DNA of 64,000 nucleotides from Bispira polyomma. Its lineage: Eukaryota. Where the stretch lies: assembly GCA_965649765.1 (NCBI GenBank), contig OZ287749.1, positions 18,352,001 to 18,416,000 of the forward strand, read 5' to 3'. A model generated the notes under the pieces. The model did not search any database. It was not told the origin of the DNA and saw only the letters and a list, made by a program, of their open reading frames with translations. Made by a program: the position numbers and the translations under genes. Below are positions 24,414 through 36,915 of this stretch, piece by piece (within the stretch, counting starts at the first letter, position 1; each line of letters opens with the position of its first letter).

Positions 24414-27400
24414 CAGTGACCTTTTAAGGACCAGTCGCTTCAAGTTTTAAGACATACATAACAACAATATACTTTTTGGTATTTTATTCCATACATTGAG
24501 CATTACCACTTTGATTTGATATTGTGTGACATAAATAACAAGCCATGATATAGTAGTGATATTATTTAGTGCGTACTAAAGAATAATACTAATACACCTC
24601 ATAAGGGAACAACACTTGAGTAAATGCTATAGCACAATATAGAATCCTTCCCAGTTGGTGCCTCTCATTGAACTGCGATGAGGCACGCGTACTGCTAAAG
24701 TAGTTCAGTGTGATGTCCGTGACATTTTGATCACTGAACATGTTGGCCATTATGTCCTCGCAAACCTACTACAGTGACCTTTCAAAGGCCAGTGACCTTA
24801 AAGTTTTAAAACATAGATAACAACAACATACTTTTTGTTATTTTATTCCATTTCATTTATTGAATTCAGTATCACCAATTTTATTTGACATTGTGTGACA
24901 TAAATAACAAGCCATAATATAGTAGTGATATTATTTAGTGCATACTAAAAAATAATACTAATACATCCCAAGCCAAACAAGAATTTAAGAAAGAATTAGT
25001 ATATATTTGGATATATTTGAAAGTGTGGGGAACAAGGCTGAGGTTTTGCCCAGCTTAAAGATTGGACCAGATAGCGTCTGAAGTCCAAGTGCCATGAGCT
25101 TGAAGGCAATGAAGGGGGACGTTGTTTTGGAACAAGAGTGAGGCTCCTGACCGTCTGAATTCATGGAACCCAAGTGTGGAATAGTTGAGGCCAAGAATGG
25201 CCAAAATATTTTTTAATACATGTCTAACTTTTACATCTGTTAAGATTTGATATTGGTTGCCATAAGGCACTACAAACAAGGGGGAGGCCAGTGGCATGGC
25301 AAACTCACTATACATGTCAGCCACAGTCTGAACTGGACATAGAGGTGAACCAGGTAATAGGGGAAGTTGCAACTGGACATTGGTTTGTTGACTTTGCATG
25401 GCTTTAGCCCATTTAACACTGATAACTAGTCCAGGATCCTGGAACTTAACATCACACCTTAGAAGCAACCACCCGCTATCATACATATACACAGAATGTG
25501 ACACTAAGTTGCTGATAAAAAATAAGCCAAAGAAGGTTATCAAAAATATTGCCTTAAATACACGTTGCTCAATGTAGGCCAAAATGACACTAAGTGAGTA
25601 GTGTGGGTGAGAAACTGAGTGGGTGACACAAAATTTAAGAAAATCAGACAATGTACGACTATAAAGGGCCCTGGTCTTGGGCTGGAAGGCGAATTTGGCT
25701 GTAACTTGAGTTGTCGTACTCTGTGTAAAACTAAAACATACATATACATAACTAACATTGAACTTTTGTCTCAGATAAGGGCGGTTGCATGACAAGACAG
25801 CTGACTGAACTGTATATGTGGAAGAAAGTCTTTTTCCTTGAGTCTAAATACCGAGATAAGAGGTCTGCCCCCACATTGTCTATTCCCAACACATGTCTGA
25901 CCTGCAGTGTGATATCATGAGTAGCCGTAAGGAGCCATTTGTGTCTAGCAACTTGAAGGAGATAGGGGTCTTTCTTCCTATTGAAATTTAAAATATTTAC
26001 CACTGTGTTGTTATCACAATACAGGATTTCATTGGAGTTGATAAATGCAGGCAACCATGTGGTAAGAGCAGTGTATACATTAAGCATTTCAAAATGAACA
26101 ATAATAGCAGGGTGATCAGCTAACTGATCTAACTCTAAATGATACCCAACCTGTTTATAAACTTCCCCTAGACCAGATAACTTGGCATCTACATAGACAA
26201 CTTCATTGTGGATAACAGGTTTGTCAAAAAAGACTACACTATTAAACTGGCTAAAAATGTCACAAATCACTTTATGTCTGCAATGAATGATTTAGGTAGC
26301 TTAAGCCTACTAGTATCAGGACAAGAATGCAGTACTTGCAAAATGCGGTTAACAAAAAGTCTAGCTGGTTTAATACATTTACTAATGTACAATAGTTTTC
26401 CTACAATACTTTGCACTTTGTTCTTGGTGTCATACGTCTTAAGACTCCATTCCATACAAAGGTTAGTATTTAAGTAAGTTTATCAGGAGGAAGACTATGG
26501 GTACCTGCTGTTACATCAATTTGAGAGCCCAAACATGTTATAGCTTGCCTGTAGATTCCAATTTGGACGGACTTTCTGGAAGGCCAAGCTCCTTGACCAA
26601 TTTGAGTGGGAAATTAAAGGCTGAAGTGGCAGCTTTTAACGAGCTGTGAATACCAATTATGTCATCAATATATTTGTAAACCACATGACCTAGCTAAGCC
26701 GTTATATACCTAATACTGTCTGTAATTCGCTGGCAATAATGGCTTCCATGCCTAAAGCCAAAGGGTACCGCTTCATCAACATAGTAAGCATTCTGCCAAT
26801 ATGAACCTAATAAATGGAGATCATGAGGGTCTACTCTCAAATTATGAAATGCGCGCTTCGATAGCATTATAATTACATTCAGTTGTGATGTAATGTGTAA
26901 TGTGGTCAGGGTACTCAATTACTGAAGGGTTGTTATATTGACAGGTAACATAATGTCCATTATAATAACTAGGCAAATCGGTGTCATGCACCATGTCACT
27001 ACTGGTGTGACTGATTTGACAAGATTCCTGAATGACTTTACACACACTGAAAACATTGACTCTGTAATTGTAATACAAGGTCTCTGAGGGTCATAAGCAG
27101 AATATAAAACCACCATATAGGAAACATAACTGAGAAAAATTGACAAGTGTACACAGCCTTTGTTACCAACCCACAACAGGCTCTGCCCTCCTTACAATAC
27201 ACAGAGGTTACACAGCATGCAACACAACTATACACTAACCAGAATCCCATCAGGATATGTAAATTTAACAACTCAGTAATAATAGAGCAGAGAGCTTGGA
27301 CCCTGCCAACAAGTTCTCGTGTACTAACATAAAGAAGAGGGGAAACTGAATTACCAACCCTAGGTATGACTGTATTAAGTCTGGTAGAACCATGTTTGTG

Positions 27401-28620
27401 TAAGCTTTGTGTCAAAACAAACTGTGCCCACAACTGACAAAAGCAGTAACATAAGTGATATGCAAAGCACATTTAATCATTGAACAAACCCAAGTATTGT
27501 GTAACTGTTGTGCTGTGATACTAGTGCTGTCAAACAGAGACGCTAGAAGTTTAAGAAACCGTACATGAGCTTGAACTAAGCCAGCTTCATGTAATAATAT
27601 TCATATCAGCCAAACTTCAGGAATATTTAAAAACTAAGATAAAAACACAGGATGTGGATTGAAATTGCCAGTTCATTCAACTGACAAAATGTATACGTTA
27701 AACCAAGCATACAAGATCTTTAAAATTTGATTAAATCACACAAGTGACTTATATATACATTGTTTATTTACATAAATGTTGTGAGGGACATTATATATGC
27801 CAAAATCAGTAACCAGTGTTAGAATAAGGAAGTGAAGTACCCGTGACTGTACTGTAACCATTGCTAACTATTTTACAACTAGGAAGTGTATTACGGAAGT
27901 AGCTGTCAAACATCTGACGCAAAATACACACATCCCGTGCATGAGTCAGACATTTATTTTTATGACAAACTGCCAAATAAAACACAATAACTAGACAAAT
28001 ACTCTGTTGAAACAGTTTTCTAGGAGAACTAGTGTAATTCCTAGCGAAATAATAACCAAGTATGATTTGTGGGAAACGCCAAATAAAGGTGAAAACCTGA
28101 CTTTGCAAACTTTGGGGTTAACAAGAGTGGTCAAAACAAAATGGCACGCATGTGCTGTACATATAGTGTTCTGATGGTATTTGTAAGATATCCCTACACA
28201 AGTACTTTTGCCAGGGATTTGTGTCGGGATTTCCCTTTCCGGAGACCACTCCAATTGAGATTTGGCTATGTGTCAAATGTTAATTTAGTGATCTGAACCT
28301 GCCCAAACTGAAGCAGTGGGAAAACTGCCGCCCAAAGTGAAGTTATATCCCGCTTCTCAAAATAAATGTAACTGTGTGCTCATACTGCTGCGCAGATGTG
28401 CCGCTTAAGGTTTTACAACCAAAATGACTGATAACTCTTCAGCATTGAATACTGATACATATTTCTCAAGCATGACCCTGTACCAGGAAAAATTGCTTTC
28501 ATATGAAATATAGAAGCCTGTCCACCTTCAAGTGAACTGTCATACAGCCCCCATTGGGAAAACTCAAGAACAAACAATATATAAAAAGCTACACTAACTT
28601 TACCTTGCCTATATAAGCAG
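24414..28620 (-). mobile_element. Degenerate tyrosine-recombinase retrotransposon (DIRS order, Ngaro/PAT-like): gag relic, RT, RNase H, YR, 3' direct repeats
   Basis: YIDD (26663-26674 region), PFGFRHGS, RNase H DA..G/CDN/N..AD.LSR, YR HEFRRSGA..HG.W.SDA; ~190-bp direct repeats at 24414-24598 and 24772-24968; gag-like remnants 28080-28620 (weaker). Confidence 0.9.
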
Positions 28621-28803
28621 TGGTATAAACATGTATAACTTGTCCTGGCAGTGAAAAATACTACATCTTGATCATTATTAACATTGTCAATACTACAGGC
28701 ACTAACATCATACATTCCCATCATTTAAAGATGATAATGTAATTTAGAAGAAAAACGAGTGGGAAGGCAAAAACTTTAATGTATGGATCATGTTGGTGAA
28801 TCA

Positions 28804-28836
<33 letters not shown>

Positions 28837-28837
28837 C
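28804..28837. repeat. Poly-G tract
   Basis: Uninterrupted G run. Confidence 0.95.
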
Positions 28838-31800
28838 TGATTTAGTGCTAAATGGAGTGCTCATGCAAGCATCTTTGAGTTTGTTCTAGTAGCAACTCTG
28901 TCAATGTGGATTTTTAAACATCATGAATTTCTTTTCTGCCTTTATGTCAATAGCACTTTGTATTTCGCTTTGTCTTATGAACAGTGTTTTGGTATTCAAC
29001 TGGTAACGGCAGCTTTGCATAATGTTTAACTAAATATTTAAGAGTAAACTGTGTGAATAAAATGTTGTTTTTCAAAGATTTAAAATTTTTTTGTGGATTC
29101 ATGTAATCATTTGGTAGCAAATATACACTCTACATGAGAAATGTAATAACTTTTTAAAAAAAGAGAAAAAAGAGAAACAAAATTAGGTATAAACTCAAGC
29201 TTAAACTCAGAAAAAGGCTAGTGATAGTCCTTGTTTGTTGTAATAAGCAACACCCATTTCCAATTCCCTTTAGTACATGGGCAATCACAATAGTATCCGG
29301 GTCACAATATTGTTCGAAGCACATTTCAATGTATAAAATATTGTATTCTGTACTTTAATTTATAGGCATAAAGTAGTATGTGTTTTCAATATTACTTTCC
29401 GTCAGTAAGTGCTTTAAATATGCAACAGACAGTATTATGACCCGTACACTATTGTGACCACCCTTGTGTATTTAACTCTTAATGCATATACAGTTAACCC
29501 TCTTCAAGTAAAAATCTGTTTACTCAATTTACCCTGTTATGTAGAAAAAGCAGTCTCACAAAAATTCTGCTTAAATTTAGTCATTTATCCTGGTGCCTCA
29601 AGTTTCAACGAAAGGGTTCAACAGCCTTGTTTTTACAAAAGTTTTACTGTCACCAGACATATAGGATCCCCATATTAATTGAATCCAAAGTTTTAGTTTG
29701 ACCTTCAGTTTTATTTTTACTTTATATTGAACAATATCTATAACCCTGGTGAATTGTTTTCTTTACAAATATGCCCTCTTAATTGGAAGTTTGAAATTGA
29801 AATATTTCTTCTGATCTGTTAGGCTTTCACTGGAAGTGCATGTATAATGGTGGTACCACTTTCCAGTCTATAAAAAATTGTGTAGGTCTTTTATATAACA
29901 GCAGTTAAAACATTTGGAAGCACTTCTCTCTCAAAAAAATGTGTAGTTAGATTAAGTAATATTTTCAGTTAAAAGATTCAAAGTTTGTATTTGCATTCCT
30001 CACTGTCAGACTTTTGTTAATTAGGTCAACCAGAAATGCTATGTAGAATGGTTTAATAATTCAGTTAACCCCCTTTTTAGTGATTGACACTTGATAATAC
30101 TTTGAACTCTACTTCTCCAGCTTAAGAATACACTTTTAAGATTTGTTCTTTCAAGTACCTAGTTGTAGGTCATAAGAACACGAAACTCACATTGTAATCA
30201 TTTTATACTTCCTATCTCCAGATACACTTCTGGATAAGACACAATCATATTTTTGTTTGGCACCAATCCTCAGATATCTTATAGGGCAAGCTTGAGTGTC
30301 AAGTTGTCTCTTAGTTCCCTTCCTGTACACCCCATATTCTTCCTTTCGACTTGGCTATATTTTTCTAACTTCTTGATTGGTTAATTTATTCTGTTTGAGG
30401 CGCATCAAGAAGACGTGTTAAAAATGCAAAATACAATACAATGTTAAGATGTCATATTCTTTGAAACAAAAATGAAATGACAGATATATAACTGCATAAT
30501 ACCAGTCCATTTGACCTTCTCCCAAGATTTGGTTGGATGAAAAAAGAGGATCTGAGGATATTTATTTCAATAATACAGATGACGAAATGTGTCCCCATGT
30601 AAAGGGTGTGACATTAATGAACTGGGTCAGGGATTTGTTCAGAGCCAATGAGCATGTAACAAGACTTTCGTATACTGAACCATTACACAGGCAGATACTA
30701 GCTTAAAAGTTTAAAGATCCAAGGCTTCTCTGATGAAATCGTTTGGTCTGTGAGGAATGAGTATAACTAAGGTAAAAGCTTGCTGAAATTATATCGACAT
30801 TAGCTCATTGTTTGGGTGGCAATAGAATTTTGGGTAAGCTTTCCACAGAAATATGGACTGTGTTTTAACAGTATAGTAGAACCTTTATTATCTAAACTTC
30901 TGTTGTAGAAATATTTGATTTTATGAACATATTTCCATACTCTCCTAAATGCGTATTTTACCAAAATGCCTGTTTTATTTTATTAACCTTTTACTATCCA
31001 ACCAAGATCTTGTTCTCCCAACATATTCATATAAGAAACATTCTTCTGTATTTTCAATTTTGTCTGGAGTGCTTATATTTTTACCCACTTCCATGTCATT
31101 ATTCATGTGGTAAGGTATTAGAGAGAAGATAAGGGGGTAAGATGGCCTTTATAAAGACATCACCTCTGTAATGTATCAAATTACAGATTTACTCTGTGTA
31201 TTTACAAATGCCCCTTTTATATCTCATAATAACATGAGGATATGTTTGATTAATCTGAAGAAAATCCCAAGGAAGCCTTAACTGTTGTGAATTATTAAAT
31301 AACGGTGTTAAGATACGGCCCATAAATTAGTTTAGTCAAAGTCGACTTATTTTGTACAGGAATAAAAAAAACACAAAAATGTACTGTTTTTCTCTGCAAT
31401 AAAAGTGAATAAAAATGATAAACACTTCTTCTGGAATTATAATTCTCCTCTAATTTGATAATTCCCAATTACAGAGTTTTCCCCAAAGGGTTTTCTCTCC
31501 GTTTATTGATCAGCACCACATTCAGTAATTTGGGCTGTTTTAGAAACAAGACACTTAATGAGTGGCACAAGCCCCTTCTTTGTCATTGGTCGTCCATTAC
31601 AGGGATTTGCTATAAAAATCATGCTAGTTAAAGTGGAAGTCAAGTTTTTTCCCTCCTCTTCTAAATAAATTTACAGAAACCCCTAATGTTTTAAAAAAAA
31701 GTGCCACAGATACCAGAGGCACTTTTGTGGCAGATTTGTAACAGCGACTGATGAAGATTTTCAACTGAAAGTGGCCATAGTGCCCTAATACAGCATTGCA

Positions 31801-33698
31801 ATTGGTTTAGAGACAGTTATGACTGCATTTTTCCCTCCAAGATGTTCATTTACTGAATTTTTGTTGTGACTTGTACTATTCTGGCATGTGGTATGGTATC
31901 ACAAAAGAAGAAATGCTTTGAGGATATATATCTCCTCTTTTCTGTTAAATATTACATACGAGAGAACCTCTATTGTTTAAATTTGTATTATCAAAATATG
32001 CACTTTTATGAACTAATTAATTCCACTTTCCAAAATTAATTTTTTGCTACTCTTTTATACACACAGGTCTCTTTTATTTTTTAAAAACATTCTATTATTC
32101 GAACAAAAAATTGCTCTCTAAACAAAGTGAAAATATTTTCCTTGTACCTAATACCCCGATCAACTGTTACTTTCTTGGTCCATGTCCCTTCCCTCTGCCA
32201 AATTGCATATCAATTAGTTCAGTAGTTAACATGCTTTCTGTAATCTTGGTGACAAACTAACTTACAAACACAGGTGAAGATATGACTTCTTTGGTGGATG
32301 GTATACATGTATTTCTTTCTGTACCATTTCTGTCTCATTCTATTTTTGTGAGAGGTTTCGATAGCACATACACCAGAACGTCCATTATCCGAACTTCTAT
32401 CATGCAAATATTTTATTGATGAACACTGTTTCACTTGTCCAATTTTTCATTTTCCTATTGATTTATACTTAAATGCTTCTTTCTATTTTAAAAACATTTC
32501 ATTATCCGAACAGAATGTTGCACTGCCAACATCTTCTTATTATAGAGATTCCACTGTACTTCCAATATTACAATGGTCTTATTCAGTTTTACCCTGTGGG
32601 ATATCTCCATGATTTAGTCCACAAGTCAAATTGTTTTAGGTATCAGGTTTTTTCTTACTAAAGTCTAAGCATTGTAAAAGTTTATTCCTAAATTTTCTTT
32701 ATATTATTTTCCTTTAACAAATGTGTTACAACTTAAAATGATACATCATGACTATAAGTCCTACTTTATGTGTTGATTTACAGACTACCACCCTGGATCA
32801 ATGGCCCATATATTAAACCATAGCTAAAAGGAGAAGTTTTCAGATAAAACCCACAGCGAATAACAGGGTCTTTTTTCACCCAAAAATGCTAATATTTTGG
32901 AACAAAAAATTGGGCAGGATATTACAATGTGTAAATTTAATTTATTCGATGCTGATAAGGTGACATTTTTGTTCAAGATTAGCTGTAGATTACTGGAAAA
33001 AATGGACTTTCTATGTTTAAAAGAGAGAACAGAAAAAATATGTCATGGCCTAATTTTTCATGTGAAGCTTTAGTTTGGTTTTAAAACTTCGTCCTTTTCT
33101 CATGCCTCCTTTTATTTCTTTTTTATATTCATTCTTAATGAAAAATGTCTTTGTCTTTAATTAATGCTGTGCACAAAAGGCTTCAATAATTACAGAATTG
33201 GCAGGTTTCTGTTTTATATTTTAGATGTTTTAAAGGAAAAAAACTGTCACATTTTAAGGCTCTCATTTATCTTAACTAGAATTCCTAATGCCCAGATCCC
33301 ACTGATGGAATTTATGAAAGAAATTCCCATGAAGGCTGTGAAAGGCCAGTCGCTTTACACCCGATTATGTCCCCAGCACTTTACTATGATCCCACAGTGG
33401 TTTCCATTCAAAACACAGCAAAATGACAGACGAATGGACCTCTAGTGTTTGTGTGTGGAAAAGTTGACAGTGGATCTGCTGAAGGCCGATGATTTACAAA
33501 GCAGAAAAACCCTCGAACTGCCCGTCATGATATATGACACGAGACGTGTTAAAAAGCAATGATAAATTCTAACTAAAGTAACTACAAAAGACAAACTTGC
33601 CATCTGTGCTTGCTTATACAGTTAAACAACGACAACGATGCCATCTGTGCTTGCTTATACAGTAAAAAAAGACAAACATGCCATCTGTGCTTGGTTAT

Positions 33699-33870
33699 AC
33701 AGTAAAACCTCCATGAATGAACACCTCTGAATAGTAAACACTTCAATGCCTCCAATTACGATTTCAACACCATTGAATTCTAAATTGCCTTTGAATTGTG
33801 AATATCTCCTTATAGTTAATATTTTGGTTGGGTTCTGTGAGTATTCACTATATAAAGGCTTTACTCTATA
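33699..33870. mobile_element. Tc1/mariner-pogo type MITE (related degenerate copies near 1205-1350, 30870, 32350-32560, 35823-36103)
   Basis: TA|CAGTAAAACCTCC...GGCTTTACTCTA termini, TA flanks. Confidence 0.6.
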
Positions 33871-34521
33871 TAGTACTTGTCCAAGGTACAAGGTTTTCAA
33901 AAATACTCACTTGTTCAGTTGGTCCAGTGAGCATTCACTATATAAAGGCTTTACTGTATACAGTATTTGTCCAAGGTACAAGCTTTTTAAGAATACTCAC
34001 TTGATGAGTTGTTATCAAGAACTTTTTACCCATCTCCAACCCCAATAGCATTAAAGACTGTATTAATTTTGTAAAAGTGTTTTAATTCTGGATAACCTGT
34101 AATATTTAGATCCATACTTTAATTACAAGTGTGGTGTTAACATTGGGCATTGAAATCCAAATAATTAATTTTTTTAGATTTCTGTTTTATAAGTCCCAGG
34201 TTACACTGGTCAAACGTTCATTGTGCTGAGAGTTTTACATTTTAATGGTCCTACCCAGGCAAATGGTCTACCTTGTTAAAACAGAACAGTGATCTTAACT
34301 TACATTCCTTCCAGTGTAAAGTCTGAAAGTATATTTCCTTTCATTTTATACCTAGACAGATTCCAGGGGGCCTCGTATTTTGAGATTTTGCAAAAAAGTC
34401 ATTGGACAAAGTGGGTCGGGTAGAATCTGGGAGGCCGGGATAGAGTCTGGGAGGACAGGATAGAGTCAGAAAGGACGAACTGAAGTGGGTATATATTCGG
34501 GGGGGGGGGGGGGGGGGGGGG

Positions 34522-34879
34522 GTTACACCAGCACAGGAACTAGCTTTATACACTATTTTAACAGGAGTCAGTTCAAAATGGAATTGTTAAGAATTTCAGT
34601 TGATAACGCTGTGAGTTTTAGGAATTTAGTACCAGGTTTAAATAAAACTATCAGAGTAAACCAGGACTCTTTAATCTCCCACAATTCATCTATTTCACTT
34701 GTTACACCAGCACAGGAACTAGCTTTATACACTATTTTAACAGGAGTCAGTTCAAAATGGAATTGTTAAGAATTTCAGTTGATAACGCTGTGAGTTTTAG
34801 GAATTTAGTACCAGGTTTAAATAAAACTATCAGAGTAAACCAGGACTCTTTAATCTCCCACAATTCATCTATTTCACTT
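34522..34879. repeat. Perfect 179-bp tandem duplication abutting a poly-G tract (34499-34522)
   Basis: Units 34522-34700 and 34701-34879 identical. Confidence 0.95.
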
Positions 34880-36103
34880 GGACAAAATGTTTCTGCATAA
34901 TAATTCATAATTGATTGTTTTTCTTTATTATAAATTCAACTGAAATCAATAGATTTACTAAAGAAAGCTTTTTTAAAAAAACTCAACGTTTAAGTCAACG
35001 TTTACTACTAAGATATTAAATTGACAAAGTTGAGTGTCAAGTCATTTGAAAAAAACAGAATAAATTGATCAATCAACTCCTTTGAGATTCTAGATGTTTA
35101 GACAGTAAGTTTAAGTCCCAGTTGAGCACTTTGTTTTTGTTTTCTGAGAATTCTGTTTTTGTAAAATACCAAATGGTTTGTGTTAGTGGGCATTCTGTAA
35201 AATGGATGGAGTCTCTCCAGATTTAAGCTTTGATTTCCTGCCACTCATAAAATAGACCTCAACTTGCTGACAAAGACACTCACTATAATTTTTCTTTTTC
35301 TTTCTTAAAACACACATGTGGGTGAAGTGAGTGTTTTATTCCCAATACTGTCTCTTTATCTTGAAATAACCTTTTTTAGTAGAGTACAATGAAATGGTTA
35401 CAGAGTCGCACAAAAAGCTGTCTCTTCATGTGGAAGTAATCTCATTTAGTAGAGTACAAAGAATTGGTTAAAAGAATCACACAGAAAAACCTCAATGTTC
35501 TTACTGTGTACTCTAGGGATCTATAAATCAAATATACACAAATGGACTATGGTGACAGTGTGGTTTGCAATGCGTCAAACATACATTCTTTATCATAAAA
35601 TGGGCTGTGGATTAGTAGTACTAAATGCAACCTAGATTATCCAAACTGCTGTTTTGTTGCTTTATTTTCACTTTTTCCATTGGTGTTTTACCATTTACGG
35701 TTCTTACAGAAATGCCAATCGTATTTCAACTTCTAATATCTGAACATAATCTTGCTCTCCTAACATGTTCCTATAATATTTATTATTTATCGTAGTTGTT
35801 GGGGTATTGTAGTTCCTTGTTGATACAATTGAACCCCTCTAGGTTAAACCTCAAGGGACCAAGAGAAATAACGCTACTAAAACAGTATTACCCAGCAGGG
35901 TAAATTTTTAAAAAGGTTTTTGTGGCACCATTGTTTATTTTTTTACATAAAACGGAAATTGACTTGGCACAGTTTTACTTAAATACCACTACTAAAGCAA
36001 GATTTCTATTTAACAGGGTATAAATTTGAAAAACACGAATTTTTGGGACTAGTACAGATATCTCTCAACATAAAAGGGTAAATTCACTCAGCAGAGTTCT
36101 ACT

Positions 36104-36192
36104 TAATCTAATCTAATCTAATCTAGTCGTACTTTTATAGCGCTTAATCTTTGTACAACAAATTCTAAGGCGCAACAAACCCAAAACGTTAA
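36104..36192 (-). mobile_element. Very short 3' end of L2 LINE with (TTAGA)n tail
   Basis: Near-identical to 50531-50618. Confidence 0.8.
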
Positions 36193-36654
36193 AAGGTGTT
36201 TGACTGTACATAACATTCTCTTTACTTTAATTGATAAAAATCCAGTTTCAAAGATTTTCCATCCTTCTATGGGTCATCATTATTCACAAAGAGTTCTTCC
36301 CTCCTTTTTAGGCCATAAATCTCAAACATGTATCGTTCTTGTGCCAAGAGACTATAGCTCATGTCTGAAATTTTCATTAAAATTCTACCTATCACCTGAT
36401 TATCACTCATAAAATTCACCTTTTTTGCTGTATACAGTTGTAGCAATTCTTTTAAGATACATGTGTGTAGATTATAATAAACCTTGGCTGAATTTTTCAT
36501 TATTTTGCCTGTATATAAAGATAATGTGTCCAGACATACTCTATTTAAGCCTTTTGGTGAAGGAATATTATTATTATTCACTGTTAATGACTGTATTTAG
36601 ACCAATCAAACCTCTATTAAAAGAGACCTTTTGTTTCCTCTGTTAAACCTACAA

Positions 36655-36915
36655 AGAAGGCTGGATTAAGAGCTTTCTCTATTACTGCCCCTATGTTATG
36701 GAATAGTCTCTCTGTTGAGCTTAGATCATTCGAAACACTATCTTAAAACATATCTCTTCTAACTCGCCTATCTCCTTCGTTCCCTCCCTGTACACAACCA
36801 CATCCTTCCTCATGGCATAGACAATGTTTTTGGACTTCTTTATTGGTTAACTGATTCTGATGTTGAACTTTAGAATAAATAAGTGTGTGAAAAATTCCTA
36901 ATACAATACAATATT
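36655..36915 (+). mobile_element. L2 LINE 3' end with (AATAC)n tail (related fragments at 24335-24412 and 30210-30445)
   Basis: RAFSITAPMLWNSL..LKTYLF ORF2 C-terminal motif. Confidence 0.8.

Noticed and set aside
30480-30760. Coding-looking stretch (also 38070-38400 and 38780-38960)
   Set aside because: Stops in all frames and no recognisable motif; cannot support a call
33590-33705. Three ~42-bp repeats resembling a CRISPR array
   Set aside because: Spacers are short and mutually similar, context is eukaryotic, no cas genes; ordinary minisatellite
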